DNA from: Scyliorhinus canicula
Lineage: Eukaryota
Direction of reading: 5' to 3'
NCBI RefSeq assembly: GCF_902713615.1
Contig: NC_052175.1
Location: forward strand, 9,341,271 to 9,405,270
DNA length: 64,000 nt
Part shown: piece after piece, positions 1 through 11,349 of the stretch
Position numbering within the stretch: the stretch's first letter is position 1
Layout of the letters: each line of letters starts with the position of its first letter
Notes under the pieces: model-generated
What the model was told of the DNA's origin: nothing
The model's input: the letters and a program-made list of their open reading frames with translations, nothing else
Database searches by the model: none
Translations under genes and position numbers: made by a program

Positions 1-154
1 TGATGCCCTTAGTGACCACGAAGGAATGTGGTGCTGTGGGCTTGTGTGGGGTTCTCTTTCCAGAGGACGGTGCAGACTTGATGGGCCGATGGTGCAGCGG
101 AAGTGTGCGCGGCCCATAACCCAGAAGTCGATTGATCAAAACCATCCTCTGCTA

Positions 155-698
155 TTTATCCTTACTTGAGAAAGGAGGTACTGGCGCTGGAGGGTGTGCA
201 GAGGAGATTCAATAGGTTAATCCCACAGCTGAAGGGGTGGGATTATGAGGAGAGGTTGAGTAGACTGGGACTGTACTCGTTGGAATTTAGAAGGATGAGG
301 TGGGCTCTTATAGAAACATTTAAAATTATGATGGGAATAGATAGGATAGATGCGGGCAGGTTGTTTCCACTAGCGGGCGGCAACAGAACTAGGGGACATA
401 GCCTCAAAATAAGGGGAAGTAGATTTAGGACTGAGTTTAGGAGGAACTTCGTCACCCAAAGGGTTGTGAATCTATGGAATTCCTTGCCCAGTGAAGCAGT
501 TGAGGCTCCTTCATTACATGTTTTTAGGGTAAAGATAGATAGTTTTTTTGAAGAATAAAGGGATTAAGGGTTGTGGTGTTCGGGCCGGAAAGTGGAGCTG
601 AGTCCACAAAAGATCAGCCATGATCTAATTGAATGGCGGAGCAGGCTCGAGGGGCCAGATGGCCTACTCCTGCTCCTAGTTCTTATGTTCTTATGTTC
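155..698 (+). mobile_element. CR1 3' end fragment (duplicated at about 26615-27157)
   Basis: C-terminal ORF2 motifs LGLYSLE and RVVNLWNSLP, the 3' UTR and an ATGTTCTT tail. Confidence 0.9.
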
Positions 699-734
699 TG
701 TATTGTAAACTATATGATCCTTTGAGAGCTCAGT

Positions 735-1075
735 TGATCAGGGACACTGCCGGTGAACTCTGACCCTCACCCCCCCACCACTCGCTCTTTATCAGGAACG
801 CTGTCAATCATCTTCCCCTTATTCACCCCCCCCCCCACCCGTTAATCGGGGATACTGTCGATTTTTTCTGCACCTGATCCCTCCACCGTTTAAAAGGGAC
901 AGTATCCGTGAACTCTGTCCCTCATTCCCACCTCCCTCGTCTTTTTGGGACGCTGTCGGTGAAATCTGTCCCTCATTTTCCCCATACCCCGTTGACCAGG
1001 GACACTGTCGGTGAACTCTGTCCCTCATCCACCCCACACTTCGTTTATTAGCACGCTGCCTGTGAACACTTTGCT
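735..1075. repeat. Dispersed GC-rich short tandem repeat ggacactgtcggtgaactctgtccctca-C(n) (also about 27195-27540, 55110-55280 and 63185-63430)
   Basis: The core repeats every 45-60 bp at four loci. Confidence 0.85.
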
Positions 1076-1244
1076 GAAACTCTCATTCCTCGAACACATT
1101 CTCATTGTTCGTGCTGAGCCAGTTCTTTGTCTGAAAAGGAATATTGCTGCAATTCGGGTCCTCGGGGAGTAGGTGCCGATGTCGCGGGACTCCCATGTTA
1201 AAGCACCTCACCTCCCATCTCTGCCACCAGCCGTTAATTTGAAT

Positions 1245-1432
1245 CATGTTGAGATGCTGGGGTTAGACTAGGCTGGGCACATTAAGAAGTATTTCAATAC
1301 AAGGTTAAAGTCCAAATGCTTATTTGGAATCACTAACTTTCGGAGCGTAGCTCCTTCATCAGGTGTGTGACCGAAAGTTCGTGACTACAAATAAACCTGT
1401 TGGACTTTAAAATGGTGTTGTAAGATATATGG
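1245..1432. mobile_element. Penelope-type terminal repeat, partly inverted (duplicated at about 27714-27901; related partial copies at about 53900-54015 and 63765-63872)
   Basis: gttaaagtccaa...attt and aaataaacctgttggactttaa arms are inverted around a hammerhead core. Confidence 0.6.
1331..1365 (-). ncRNA. Minimal type I hammerhead ribozyme motif (PLE-associated)
   Basis: CAC-CTGATGA-A-GGAGC(TAC)GCTCC-GAA-AGTT-A-GTG gives stem I CAC/GTG, an intact CUGAUGA/GAAA core, a 5-bp stem II and a near-palindromic stem III. Confidence 0.6.
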
Positions 1433-1665
1433 CCGTTAATTTTAATAAAAGTGGAAGAAGCGACACTGACAGCATCTCCCAGTAAAGGAAGATGGCGGCC
1501 CACTGTCTCTCCAGCAACGGAAGATGGAGACTCACAACCCCGGCAACGCACAATGGTGGCCGACTTTCTCTCCTGGCACCACAACATAGCCAATGACATG
1601 CTTAGTGATGTGCAGTTTGAGCGGCCTATGGCTGAAGAGAGATGAGGTGTTGGTGGGGTTTCTTC

Positions 1666-2567
1666 TCAGGATTTTATGAATTGAAGAAATGGAGTGAAAG
1701 GAAATTTCAGAACATTCTTCAATTGCTTTCTGAACTCAGTCTGTGTCACGGCGTAAATAGCAGTGTTTGTGCAGCAGCTCAGAAGTTGCAGCATGATCCC
1801 CAATTCCATAACGAATGGATGTAATTGCATTGAATCATACCCCATATAAAGCATCCGATACCATATAGAATAAAGCATTAACATTGACCATAACAGAATT
1901 AAATTGGCTGAGATAACAAACAGTAAAATAATGGATTTCCTTCGACTCTCCATCTCTGGGTCTCTGAAGCTTTCTCCACTGCTGTGAGATCGGAGTCTCC
2001 TGCGGGCCCTGCTGCTCACCACAATGTGTCTGACGGTGAAAACATTGAGCAGCAGAATCAGGACAAATGGAAAACACGGGTTTACAATGTAGTGGAGGAA
2101 ATCGATTGCGGCCCAGACTGGAGAAGAATAAATATATGTTTCGGCATCACAAAACCAGGGGGTGTTCGCCAATCGGTACCCAGGCGAGAACATAAAATAC
2201 CAGAACATGTTCTTCAAACAGCTCAGCACGGTCACTGTTCCCAGAACCACAACCGCCGTTTTCGTGCTGCAATATTTACTTTTCAGCTTCGGGCAACAAA
2301 TGGCCACAAATCGATCAAAAGTGAAAGTGACGGTGAACCAGACAGAACAATCTGTGGCTGCAAAAAGCAGAACGGCGTGGATATTACACACGGGGATGGA
2401 CCACAGGAACACAAACTGTTCCAAGAAAACAATCGGAATCTGCCTCAATATAAGGTCGAGAATAATGACCAGCAGATCCGCCACTGCCATGCCCATCAGG
2501 TAGTACGTGACACATTTGGACAGTCCACAGTTTTTTCTCTTCAGGATCACAATTGTGATGAGGTTCG
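1666..2567 (-). CDS. Class A orphan GPCR (GPR139/GPR142-like), exon 2 (second half of TM1 to the C-terminus), copy 1
   Basis: The ORF has TM2 MAVADLLV, TM3 TFDRFVAIC, a TM6 hydrophobic run and TM7 CCTNTAIY. The acceptor cctttcctcacag|CG AAC CTC at 2567 is phase 1 and extends the track ORF by (A)NLITI. Confidence 0.92.
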
Positions 2568-3059
2568 CTGTGAGGAAAGGATATAAGCAATGGAATTATA
2601 CGTCCGGCTGCGCAAGGCATTACCATTTCATTGAGGTGGTGTTAACAAATTCAAACAAATACACACACAAACAGACACAGAGGTAAAAATCACAGAGTGG
2701 AACACTATACCATCACAGAGAGAGACACAAATACTAGTCGCAGACCCAGAACACAAAGACAAGACTCACACACACAGTTACACACTCACAGACACAGAAA
2801 CACAAATGCACACGCTCAGAGTCCCTCATGAACGCCACTCCCCGCTCAGACTCGGAGACCCAATCACGCACCTACATAAACAAACATTTACAGCCAGACA
2901 CAGGCAAACACACCCACACATTCACCTACACACCTACATACATAAATTATTAACCACAAACACGGGCACTCACACAATACACACACATACGCATACACAC
3001 AATTAAACTCTCTCAAATACATGCAACACGCAATCTCACAGAAACAGAGACACAAATGG

Positions 3060-5730
3060 TCAGGGTGGTCTACATCTGAACCTGAGGGGCACCAATATCC
3101 TGGTGGGGGGAGATTTGTTAGTGGTGTTTTTTTGGGGGGGGTTAAACTAATTGAGCAGGGGCATGGGAACCTGGATTGTAGTTTTGGGGTACGGGAGATT
3201 GAGAGCATAGTGGTCAGGAGCACAGATTTGACTTCGCAGGAGGGTGCCAGTGTTCAGGTAGGTGGTTTGAAGTGTGTCTATTCATTGCGAGGAGTATGCG
3301 AAATAAGGTAGGGGAACTGGCAGCGTGGGTTGGTACCTGGGACTTCGATGTCGTGGCCATTTCTGAGACATGGATAGAGCAGGACAGGAATGGTTGTTGC
3401 AGGTTCCGGGGTTTAGGTGTTTTAGTAAGCTCAGAAAAGGGGCAAAAGAGTGGGAGGTGTGGCGCTGCTAGTCAAGGACAGTATTACGGTGGCAGAAAGG
3501 ATGCTAGATGGGGACTCTTCTTCCGAGGTAGAATGGGCTGAGGTTAGATACAGGAAAGGAGACGTCACCCTGTTGGGAGTTTTCTATAGGCCACCTAATA
3601 GTTCTAGGGATGTAGAGGAAAGGATGGCGAAGATGATTCTGGAAAAGAGCGAAAGTAACAGAGTAGTTGTTATGGGAGACTTTAACTTTCCAAATATTGG
3701 CTGGAAAATATATAGTTCGAGTACATTAAATGGGTCGTTCTTTGTACAATGTGTGCAGGAGGGTTTCCTGACACAATATGTTGACAGGCCAACAAGAGGC
3801 GAGGCCACATTGGATTTGGTTTTGGGTAATGAACCAGGCCAGGTGTTAGATCTGGAGGTAGGTGAGCACTTTGGAAACAGTGACCACAATTCGGTGACCT
3901 TTACGTTAGTGATGGAAAGGGATAAGTCTACCCCGCAGGGCAAGTGTTATAGCTGGGGGAAGGGCAATTATGATGCCATTAGACATGACTTAGGATGTGT
4001 AGGTTGGAGAAGTAGGCTGCAAGGGTTGGACACACTGGATATGTGGAGCTTGTTCAAAGAACAGCTATTGCATGTTCTTGATAAGTACGTATTAGTCAGG
4101 CAGGGAGGAAGGTGTCGAGCGAGGGAACCGTGCTTTACCAAAGAAGTGGAATCTCTTGTTAAGAGGAAGAAGGAGGCCTATGTGAAAATGAGGCGTGAAG
4201 TTTCAGTTGGGGCGCTTGATAGTTACAAAGAAGCGAGGAAGGATCTAACGAGAGAGCTGAGACGAGCAAGGAGGGGACATGAGAAGTCTTTGGCAGGTAG
4301 GATCAAGGAAAACCCAAAAGCTTTCTATAGGTATGTCGGGAATAAAAGAATGACTAGGGTAAGAGTAGGGCCAGTCAAGGACAGTGGTGGGAATTTGTGT
4401 GTGGAGGCTGAGGAGATAAGCGAGATACTAAATGAATACTTTTCGTCAGTATTCACTCAGGAAAAAGATAATATTGTGGAGGAGAATGCTGAGACCCAGG
4501 CTATTAGAATAGATGACATTGAGGTACGTAGGAAAGAAGTGTTGGCAATTCTGGACAAGGTGAAAATAGATAAGTCCCCGGGGCCTGATGGGATTTATCC
4601 TAGGATTCTCTGGGAAGCCAGGGAAGAGATTGCTGAGCCTTTGGCTTTGATTTTTAGGTCATCATTGGCTACAGGAATAGTTTCCAGAGGACTGGAGGAT
4701 AGCAAATGTGGTCCCTTTGTTCAAGAAGGGGAGTAGAGATAACCCCGGTAACTATAGGCCGGTGAGCCTAACGTCTGTGATGGGTAAAGTCTTGGAGAGA
4801 ATTATAAAAGCTACGATTTATACTCATCTAGATACGAATAATATGATTAGGGATAGTCAGCATGGTTTTGTGAAGGGTAGATCATGCCTCAAAAACCTTA
4901 TCGAGATCTTTGAGATGGTGACTGAACAGGTAGACGAGGGTAAAGCAGTTGATGTGGTGTATGTGGATTTCAGTAAAGCGTTTGATAAGGTTCCCCACGG
5001 TCGGCTATTGCAGAAAATACGGAGGCTGGGGATTGAGGGTGATTTAGAGATGTGGATCAGAAATTGGCTAGTTGAAAGAAGACATAGTGTGGTAGTTGAT
5101 GGGAAATGTTCAGAATGGAGTTCAGTTACGAATGGCGTACCACAAGGATCTGTTCTGGGGCCGCTGCTGTTTGTCATTTTTATAAATGACCTAGAGGAGG
5201 GCGCAGAAGGATGGGTGAGTAAATTTGCAGATGACACTAAAGTCGGTGGAGTTGTAGACAGTGGGGAAGGATGTTGCAGGATACAGAGGGACATAGATAA
5301 GCTGCAGAGCTGGGCTGAGAGGTGGCAAATGGAGTTTAATGTGAAGAAGTGTGAGGTGATTCACTTTGGAAAGAATAACAGGAATGCGGAATATTTGGCT
5401 AATGGTAAAATTCTTGGTAGTGTGGATGAGCAGAGGGACCTCGATATCCATGTACATAGATCCCTGAAAGTTGCCCCCCAGGTTGATAGGGTTGTGAAGA
5501 AGGCCTATGGTGTGTTGGCCTTTATTGGTAGAGGGATTGAGTTCCGGAGCCATGAGGTCATGTTGCAGTTGTACAAAACTCTAGTACGGCCGCATTTGGA
5601 GTATTGCGTACAGTTCTGGTCACCTCATTATAGGAAGGACGTGGAAGCTTTGGAACGGGTGAAGAGGAGATTTACCAAGATGTTGCCTGGTATGGAGGGA
5701 AAATCTTATGAAATCTTATGGGAAAATCTT
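3060..5730 (+). mobile_element. CR1 ORF2 fragment (endonuclease and RT), truncated at both ends, inside a CA-rich tract
   Basis: ISETW, FYRPP, SDHN, PGPDG, GVPQGSVLGP and FADD. Frameshifts near 3440 and 4700. Confidence 0.93.
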
Positions 5731-7085
5731 ACACACACTGACACACACAAACCTGTGCCGACAGGCACACAGCCACTCACTGAACCACGCACGTGCACTC
5801 AAAAACTCTCACCAACACCCAACGACGCCCACACACACCTGTTCCACACACAACTACACATAAGCCCATGCATGTACTCACACACGCATAGGCACACCCA
5901 CACTATCGCTCACACACTCTCCCCTACACAGGCAAATATATATCCACAGATACACAACCACATACACACTCTCACAAACGCACACACGCATACATACATG
6001 CAGACAACCGTACAAACGTCACACCTGACAACACACATGCAAACACACACAAAAGAGTTAACACGAATTCACACACACACATTATAGGGGTTGTTTAGCA
6101 CACAGCTAAGTCGCTGGCTTTGAAAGCAGACCAAGCAAGCCAGCAGCACGGCTCGATAACAGCCTCCCCGAATAGGCGCCGGAATGTGGCGACTAGGGGC
6201 TTTTCACAGTAACTTCATTTGAAGCCTACTCGTGACAATAAGCGATTTTCATTTCAAACCTACCCACAGACGCATATCGATATTCACACATGTCCCCACA
6301 CACATTATCACTCATACCCTCAAACATTGCGTTTCACAGAAGCAGACAAACACACCCACACAGACGCACAAACACGAACACACCCACAAAAACCCTCTCC
6401 CGCGCACCCACAAATACAGCAACAAACACACACTGACCGAAACACTGTCTGGCACACCCATACATATACTCATCTAGGCATGCTCAAAACCACATGCGCA
6501 CCTATACCTTCCCAGTCGCCATCATACACATCCACGCATTCAGTAACACACATGCACTCTCTCCCAAACACAGACACGAAACAACACACCAAAGCACCTA
6601 CTCAAACACACACCCACTTGCACACAAACACCCAAGCACACACACAGACCCAGACGCACATACAAACACTCACACCAGCTTTTGCACACCCACACACTCG
6701 CCCAGCCACAAACACACGCACACATGTACTCATGTATTACCTACACACACATGCACCCGGAGAAGCACACAAGCAACCTCACGAAACCCACAGACACACT
6801 GACCCCTATACACACACACAAGCGCACGCACACACGCCAACACTGACATATACAGACATGCGCCGACGCACGCTCACACAAGCACACGCGAACACCTCCA
6901 CACAGTCACCGAGAGATGCCCACACAACCATTCAGTTCCCCCCTGCACACACGCACACACGCACAGCCATATACATAAGCAGACAAATCCACACCAACAC
7001 ACATGCACGACACACACATGTAAACACACCGAGACACTCACACACGTTCACACCCACAAACCCACCCACGCACACACGCAGTTTA
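5731..7085. repeat. Degenerate (CA)-rich low-complexity tract (also 2650-3050, 20340-20420 and 29120-29520)
   Basis: Composition. It produces spurious His/Thr-rich ORFs. Confidence 0.95.
6086..6256 (+). mobile_element. Second short tRNA-like SINE family (copies at about 18605-18770 minus, 21405-21557 minus, 42830-42998 plus, 54896-55066 minus)
   Basis: ggg.tgtttagcacacagctaa...gcttcattgaagcctactcgtgacaataagcgattttcatt is repeated at five loci. Confidence 0.8.
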
Positions 7086-7094
7086 CCGAGTCTC

Positions 7095-7430
7095 GCTGCG
7101 GGTCACTGCCAAGTGAAGTTCAGCCTGGTTTACCTGGCCAGAATGCGGGCCACTGCGAAGTCAGATTCAGGCTGATGTCCCCGCCCAGTCTGTGGGTCAC
7201 TGCCAAGTCAGGGTCAGCCTGGTTTACCCGGACAAGCTGCAGGTCACTGCCAAGGCAGGTTAAGCCTGGTATACCCGGCCAGGCTGGGGGGGCACTGCCG
7301 TTTCAGGATTAACCTGGTGTCACCGGCCAGACTGCGCGTCACTGCCAAGTCAGGTTAAGTCTGGTGTAGCTGACCAGGCTGCGGGTCAGTGCCAAGTCGG
7401 GGAAAACCTACTTTGATAGAACGGCGGAGG
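7095..7430. repeat. 47-bp tandem repeat, 7 units
   Basis: ggtcactgccaag recurs at 7101, 7148, 7195, 7242 and onward. Confidence 0.9.
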
Positions 7431-8214
7431 CGGACACCTTCATCAGAAGCAAGAACTTGGTTTAAATTGATGATGTTTTGTTTGGTCTGTGAGTGCTGTA
7501 GGTTGGGGGAATATTGGGGAATTACCTGTGCAATTGTTGTTTGAGGGTGAAATTCTTCTATTTTTTTGTGTTTTACTTCTACGAGGATGACGGACGATTT
7601 CTGCGTCACGTCTGGTTTGGATATCGGTGGAGTTAACTTTTTTGAGTTTTGTTTTTTTTTGTGTTTTTAGTGCTCCAGTTGGCACTATATTGTTATATTC
7701 CACACGGCTTGTGGGGGTATTGGGATATCCTCGGAGTTGGCGATAAAGTTCAATTGTGTTTTACCTCTCTATCTGGCGGGACCGGAGGTGGGTGTTTGGG
7801 TGGAGGGAGCGGGAGCGGAACGTTCCCGCTGGCATTAGGGTTCAGCTGGTTAACACCAGCGAGGTGGGTAAGGAGCTGCAGCTGTTGAACCAGTCTCAGG
7901 TGGTTCGGGCGTCAGGCTGATGTTTGACTTGTCTGTTAGACGCTCTCACAAATCTCACACAAGCCCCCAGATATTAATACTCAGGACTTTGGAAGGGCCA
8001 CGGCTGGGTTTGCTGATGTTATTTCTCGATCTGAGGTCGAAGCCGCTTGCTCCATCCATTTTTCTTTATTTGTAATCTCCAAGCACTTTGAAACAACTCA
8101 GTAACTGTCGCGGCCGTTTGGGAGGACAGTGAAGATTCAATCACGGTGCAGTGATTATGCAGTTACATGTCGCTCAGAACAGGTAAATACGGTAGATTTC
8201 GAACCATCAAGGAC

Positions 8215-8495
8215 ATTACTGAACGAGATGCTGTTTTACAACAAACGACAATGGTTTAATGGTCTTCATTTTTCTTTTTAAAAATAAATTTACAGCACAC
8301 ATTTTTTCATTCCGGTTAAGGGGCAATGTTGCGTTACCAGTGCACCTATCCTGCACATCATTTGTGTTGTGGGGTGAGAAGCTCGAAGACACGGGGAAAA
8401 TGTGGAAACACCACAAGGAAAGTGATCAGGGCCGGGTTTGGACCCGGCTACTCAGCTCTGTGAAACTGCAGTGCTAACCGCTGCGCAACCATGCC
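8215..8495 (-). mobile_element. V-SINE, degenerate
   Basis: Reverse-complement match to the family. Confidence 0.65.
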
Positions 8496-10355
8496 ATCCA
8501 TCATTAAACTTTTAATTCCAGAAGCGTTTTTCCTTATTTATTTCAATTAACACCAATTGTCGCAGTAGGATTGGAACCTGTGTCCCCAGAGTACTGCTCT
8601 TTATCGTTGGATTACCAGTTCAGTGATAATATCACTATATGCTTGTAAAACCCGGACTGGGAGGACTAACCCCCTCCTCTTCTCTGGTTGCAGGGCTTCC
8701 ACTCTCTGCAGAGTTAAATGGGTGACATTAAGAAAGGGCAGATTGTCAGTGCAGGAATCCCCTGGAGTTGTCCCCATCGCGAACAGGTATAACCCTTTGG
8801 ATACTGTCGGGAGGGATAGCCTATCAGGGGAAAACTGCAGCAGCCAGAGCAGTTGCACCACGGCTGGCTCTGATGTTCAGAAGGGATGATCAAAGCGCAG
8901 AGGAGCAATAGTCATAATGTACTCTCTACTCAGGGGAACAGATAGACGCTTCTGTGGACGTGAAAGAGACTCCAGGATGGTATGATGACTCGCTGATGCC
9001 AGGGTCCAGGATGTCTCTGAACGGGGAGCTGCATCCAGAAGGGGGAGGGCAAAGAACGATATTGGTTCGAACGATATAGGCTGGAAGGGGAATAAGGTCA
9101 TGCAGCAGGAGTTCAGGGATCTACGCAGAACGTTTAAAGACAGGACCTCGAGGGTTGTAAACTTGGGATTACTCCCTGTGCCAATTGCTAGTGAGGCTAG
9201 AAATAGGAAAATAGAGCCGCTAAACACGTGGCTAAACAGCTGGTGTAGGAGGAAGGGTTCCCGTTATCTGGAGTACTGGGAGCTCTTCTAGGGCAGGTGT
9301 GAACTGTATAAAAAGGACGAGTTTCATCCAAACTGGAGAGGAATAAATATAATGGCCGCAAGGATTGCAAGTGGCATACGGGCGGTTTAAAACTAGTATG
9401 GCAGGGTTGTGGGCACCGGAGCAATATGTCAGAAGGCGAAGCCATTGAGGGAGAACCAGGGAATATGGCCAATATGGCTCTGAGGCAGAGTACACAGGGA
9501 GAAATTGCTGAACCCAGCGGGCCTGGTGGCCTGAAGTGCATATGTTTTAATTCAAAATGTATTACGGGTACGGCAATTGAACTTAGAGCTTGGATTAGTA
9601 CTTGGAACCGTGATCTTGATGCCATTACAGAGACCTGGTTGAGGGAAGGACAGGATTGGCATCTAAACGTTACAGAATTTAGATGTTTCAGGCGGGATAG
9701 AGGGGTATGTAAAAGGGGTGGTGGGGGTTGCGCTTCTGGTTAGGGAACATATCACAGCCGTACTACGGGAGGACACCTCAGAGTGCAGTGAGGATATATG
9801 GGTAGAGGTCAGGAGTAAGACTGGGCGCAGTCACAATTTTCTGCGTTTACGACAGTCCCCCCCCCCCCCGCCTCCCCCCCTCCCCACCCAACAGCCAACG
9901 TGAGATAGAGGAGCAGATAGGTAGACAGATTAAGGAAAAGAGTAAAAAGAACAGAATGTTGTGATGGGCGACTTCAACTTCCCCAATGTTGAGTGGGACT
10001 CCTTTAGTGGTAGGGGTTCAGACGGGGTAGAGTTTGTGAGGAGCATCCAGGAGAGCTTCTTAATACAATCTTAAGCAGTACAACTAGGTAAGGGGCTATA
10101 CTGGACCTGGTATTGGGGAATGAGCCCGGCCAGGTGGTGGAAGTTTCAGTAGGGGAGCATTTCGGGATCAATGACGATAATTCAGTAAGTTTCAAAGTGC
10201 TGGTCGACAAGGATGAGATTGGTCCTATGGTGAATGTGCTATATTGAGGGAAGGCAAATTATAAAAATATTAGGCGGGAATTGAATAATCTAGATTGGGC
10301 GGATGTTTGAGGGTAAATCAACATCTGACATTTGGGAGGCTTTCAAGAGTAGCAA

Positions 10356-10700
10356 GGGCAGCATGGTAGCATTGTGGATAGCACATATGCTTCACAGCTC
10401 CAGGGTCCCAGGTTCGAATCCCGGCTTGGATCACTGTCTGTGTGGAGTCTGCACGTTCTCCCCGTGTGTGCGTGGGTTTCCTCGGGGTGCTCCGGTTTCC
10501 TCTCGCAGTCCAAAGATGTGCAGGTTAGCTGGATTGGTCAGGCTAAATTGCCCTTAGTGTCCAAATTGCTCTTAGTGTTAGGTGGGGTTACTGGGTTATG
10601 GGATAGGGTGGAGGTATTTGCTTGGGTAGAGTGCTCTTTCCAAGAGCTGGTGCAGAATCGATGGGCCGAATGGCTTCCTTCTGCACTGTAAATTCTATGA
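10356..10700 (+). mobile_element. tRNA-derived V-SINE (HE1-like), full length
   Basis: Head gggcagcatggtagc with A and B boxes (ggttcgaatccc), V core ggtttcctcggggtgctccggtttcc and a CR1-like tail. Confidence 0.85.
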
Positions 10701-11062
10701 AATAGTCAGTTGAAAGGAATTCCAGACCGGCACGTTCCTGTGAGGAAGAAGGCTGGGAACAGACGAAGCCTGTGCAGAATATCAGGAATCTAGGAAGGTA
10801 CTTAAGCAATCAGTAAGGAGGGCTAGAAGGCGTCACGAAAAGTAATTGGCAAATAGGGGTAAGAACAATCCTAAGGATTTTTACACGTACATACAACGCA
10901 AGAGGGTAGCCAGGGAGAGGATTGGACGACCGAAAGATAGACAAGGGAACCGATGTGTGGAGCCTGAGGAAATGGGCGAGGTACTAAATTAATGCTTTGC
11001 ATCAGTTTTCACCAAAGAGAAGGAATTGGTGGATGTTGAGTCTGGAGAAGGTTGTGTAGATG

Positions 11063-11349
11063 GAACATAGAACATAGAACAGTATAGCACACAACAGGCT
11101 CTTTGGCACTCATAACCCAACAACACTGCCCTTAACCTTACTTTTTAGGACACTACGGCTAATTTAGCATAGCCAATCCACCTAACCCGCATATCTCTGG
11201 ACTGAGGGAGGAAACCGGAGCACCCGGAGGAAACCCACGCACACATGGGGAAGACGTGTAGACTCCGCACAGTGACCCTGCCGGGAATCGAACCTGGGAA
11301 CCTGGAGCTGTGAAGCATTTATGCTAACCGCCATGCTACCGTGCTGCCC
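11063..11349 (-). mobile_element. V-SINE
   Basis: (catagaa)n tail through to the gtgctgccc head. Confidence 0.85.

Noticed and set aside
1984-2586. 200-aa and 113-aa plus-strand ORFs (also 28453-29055)
   Set aside because: They are antisense shadows of the GPCR exon.
1-3654. Duplication as a pure assembly artefact
   Set aside because: The flanks of the two copies differ by many substitutions and indels and the right-hand contexts are unrelated. An uncollapsed haplotype still needs to be excluded with read depth.
6219-7175. 318-aa His/Thr-rich ORF (and the tail of 4708-6087)
   Set aside because: It is the translation of a degenerate (CA)n tract plus a SINE, with no domain or splice support.
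10356-10430. tRNA genes
   Set aside because: The A and B boxes belong to SINE heads that continue into the V-SINE core. No stand-alone cloverleaf was found.
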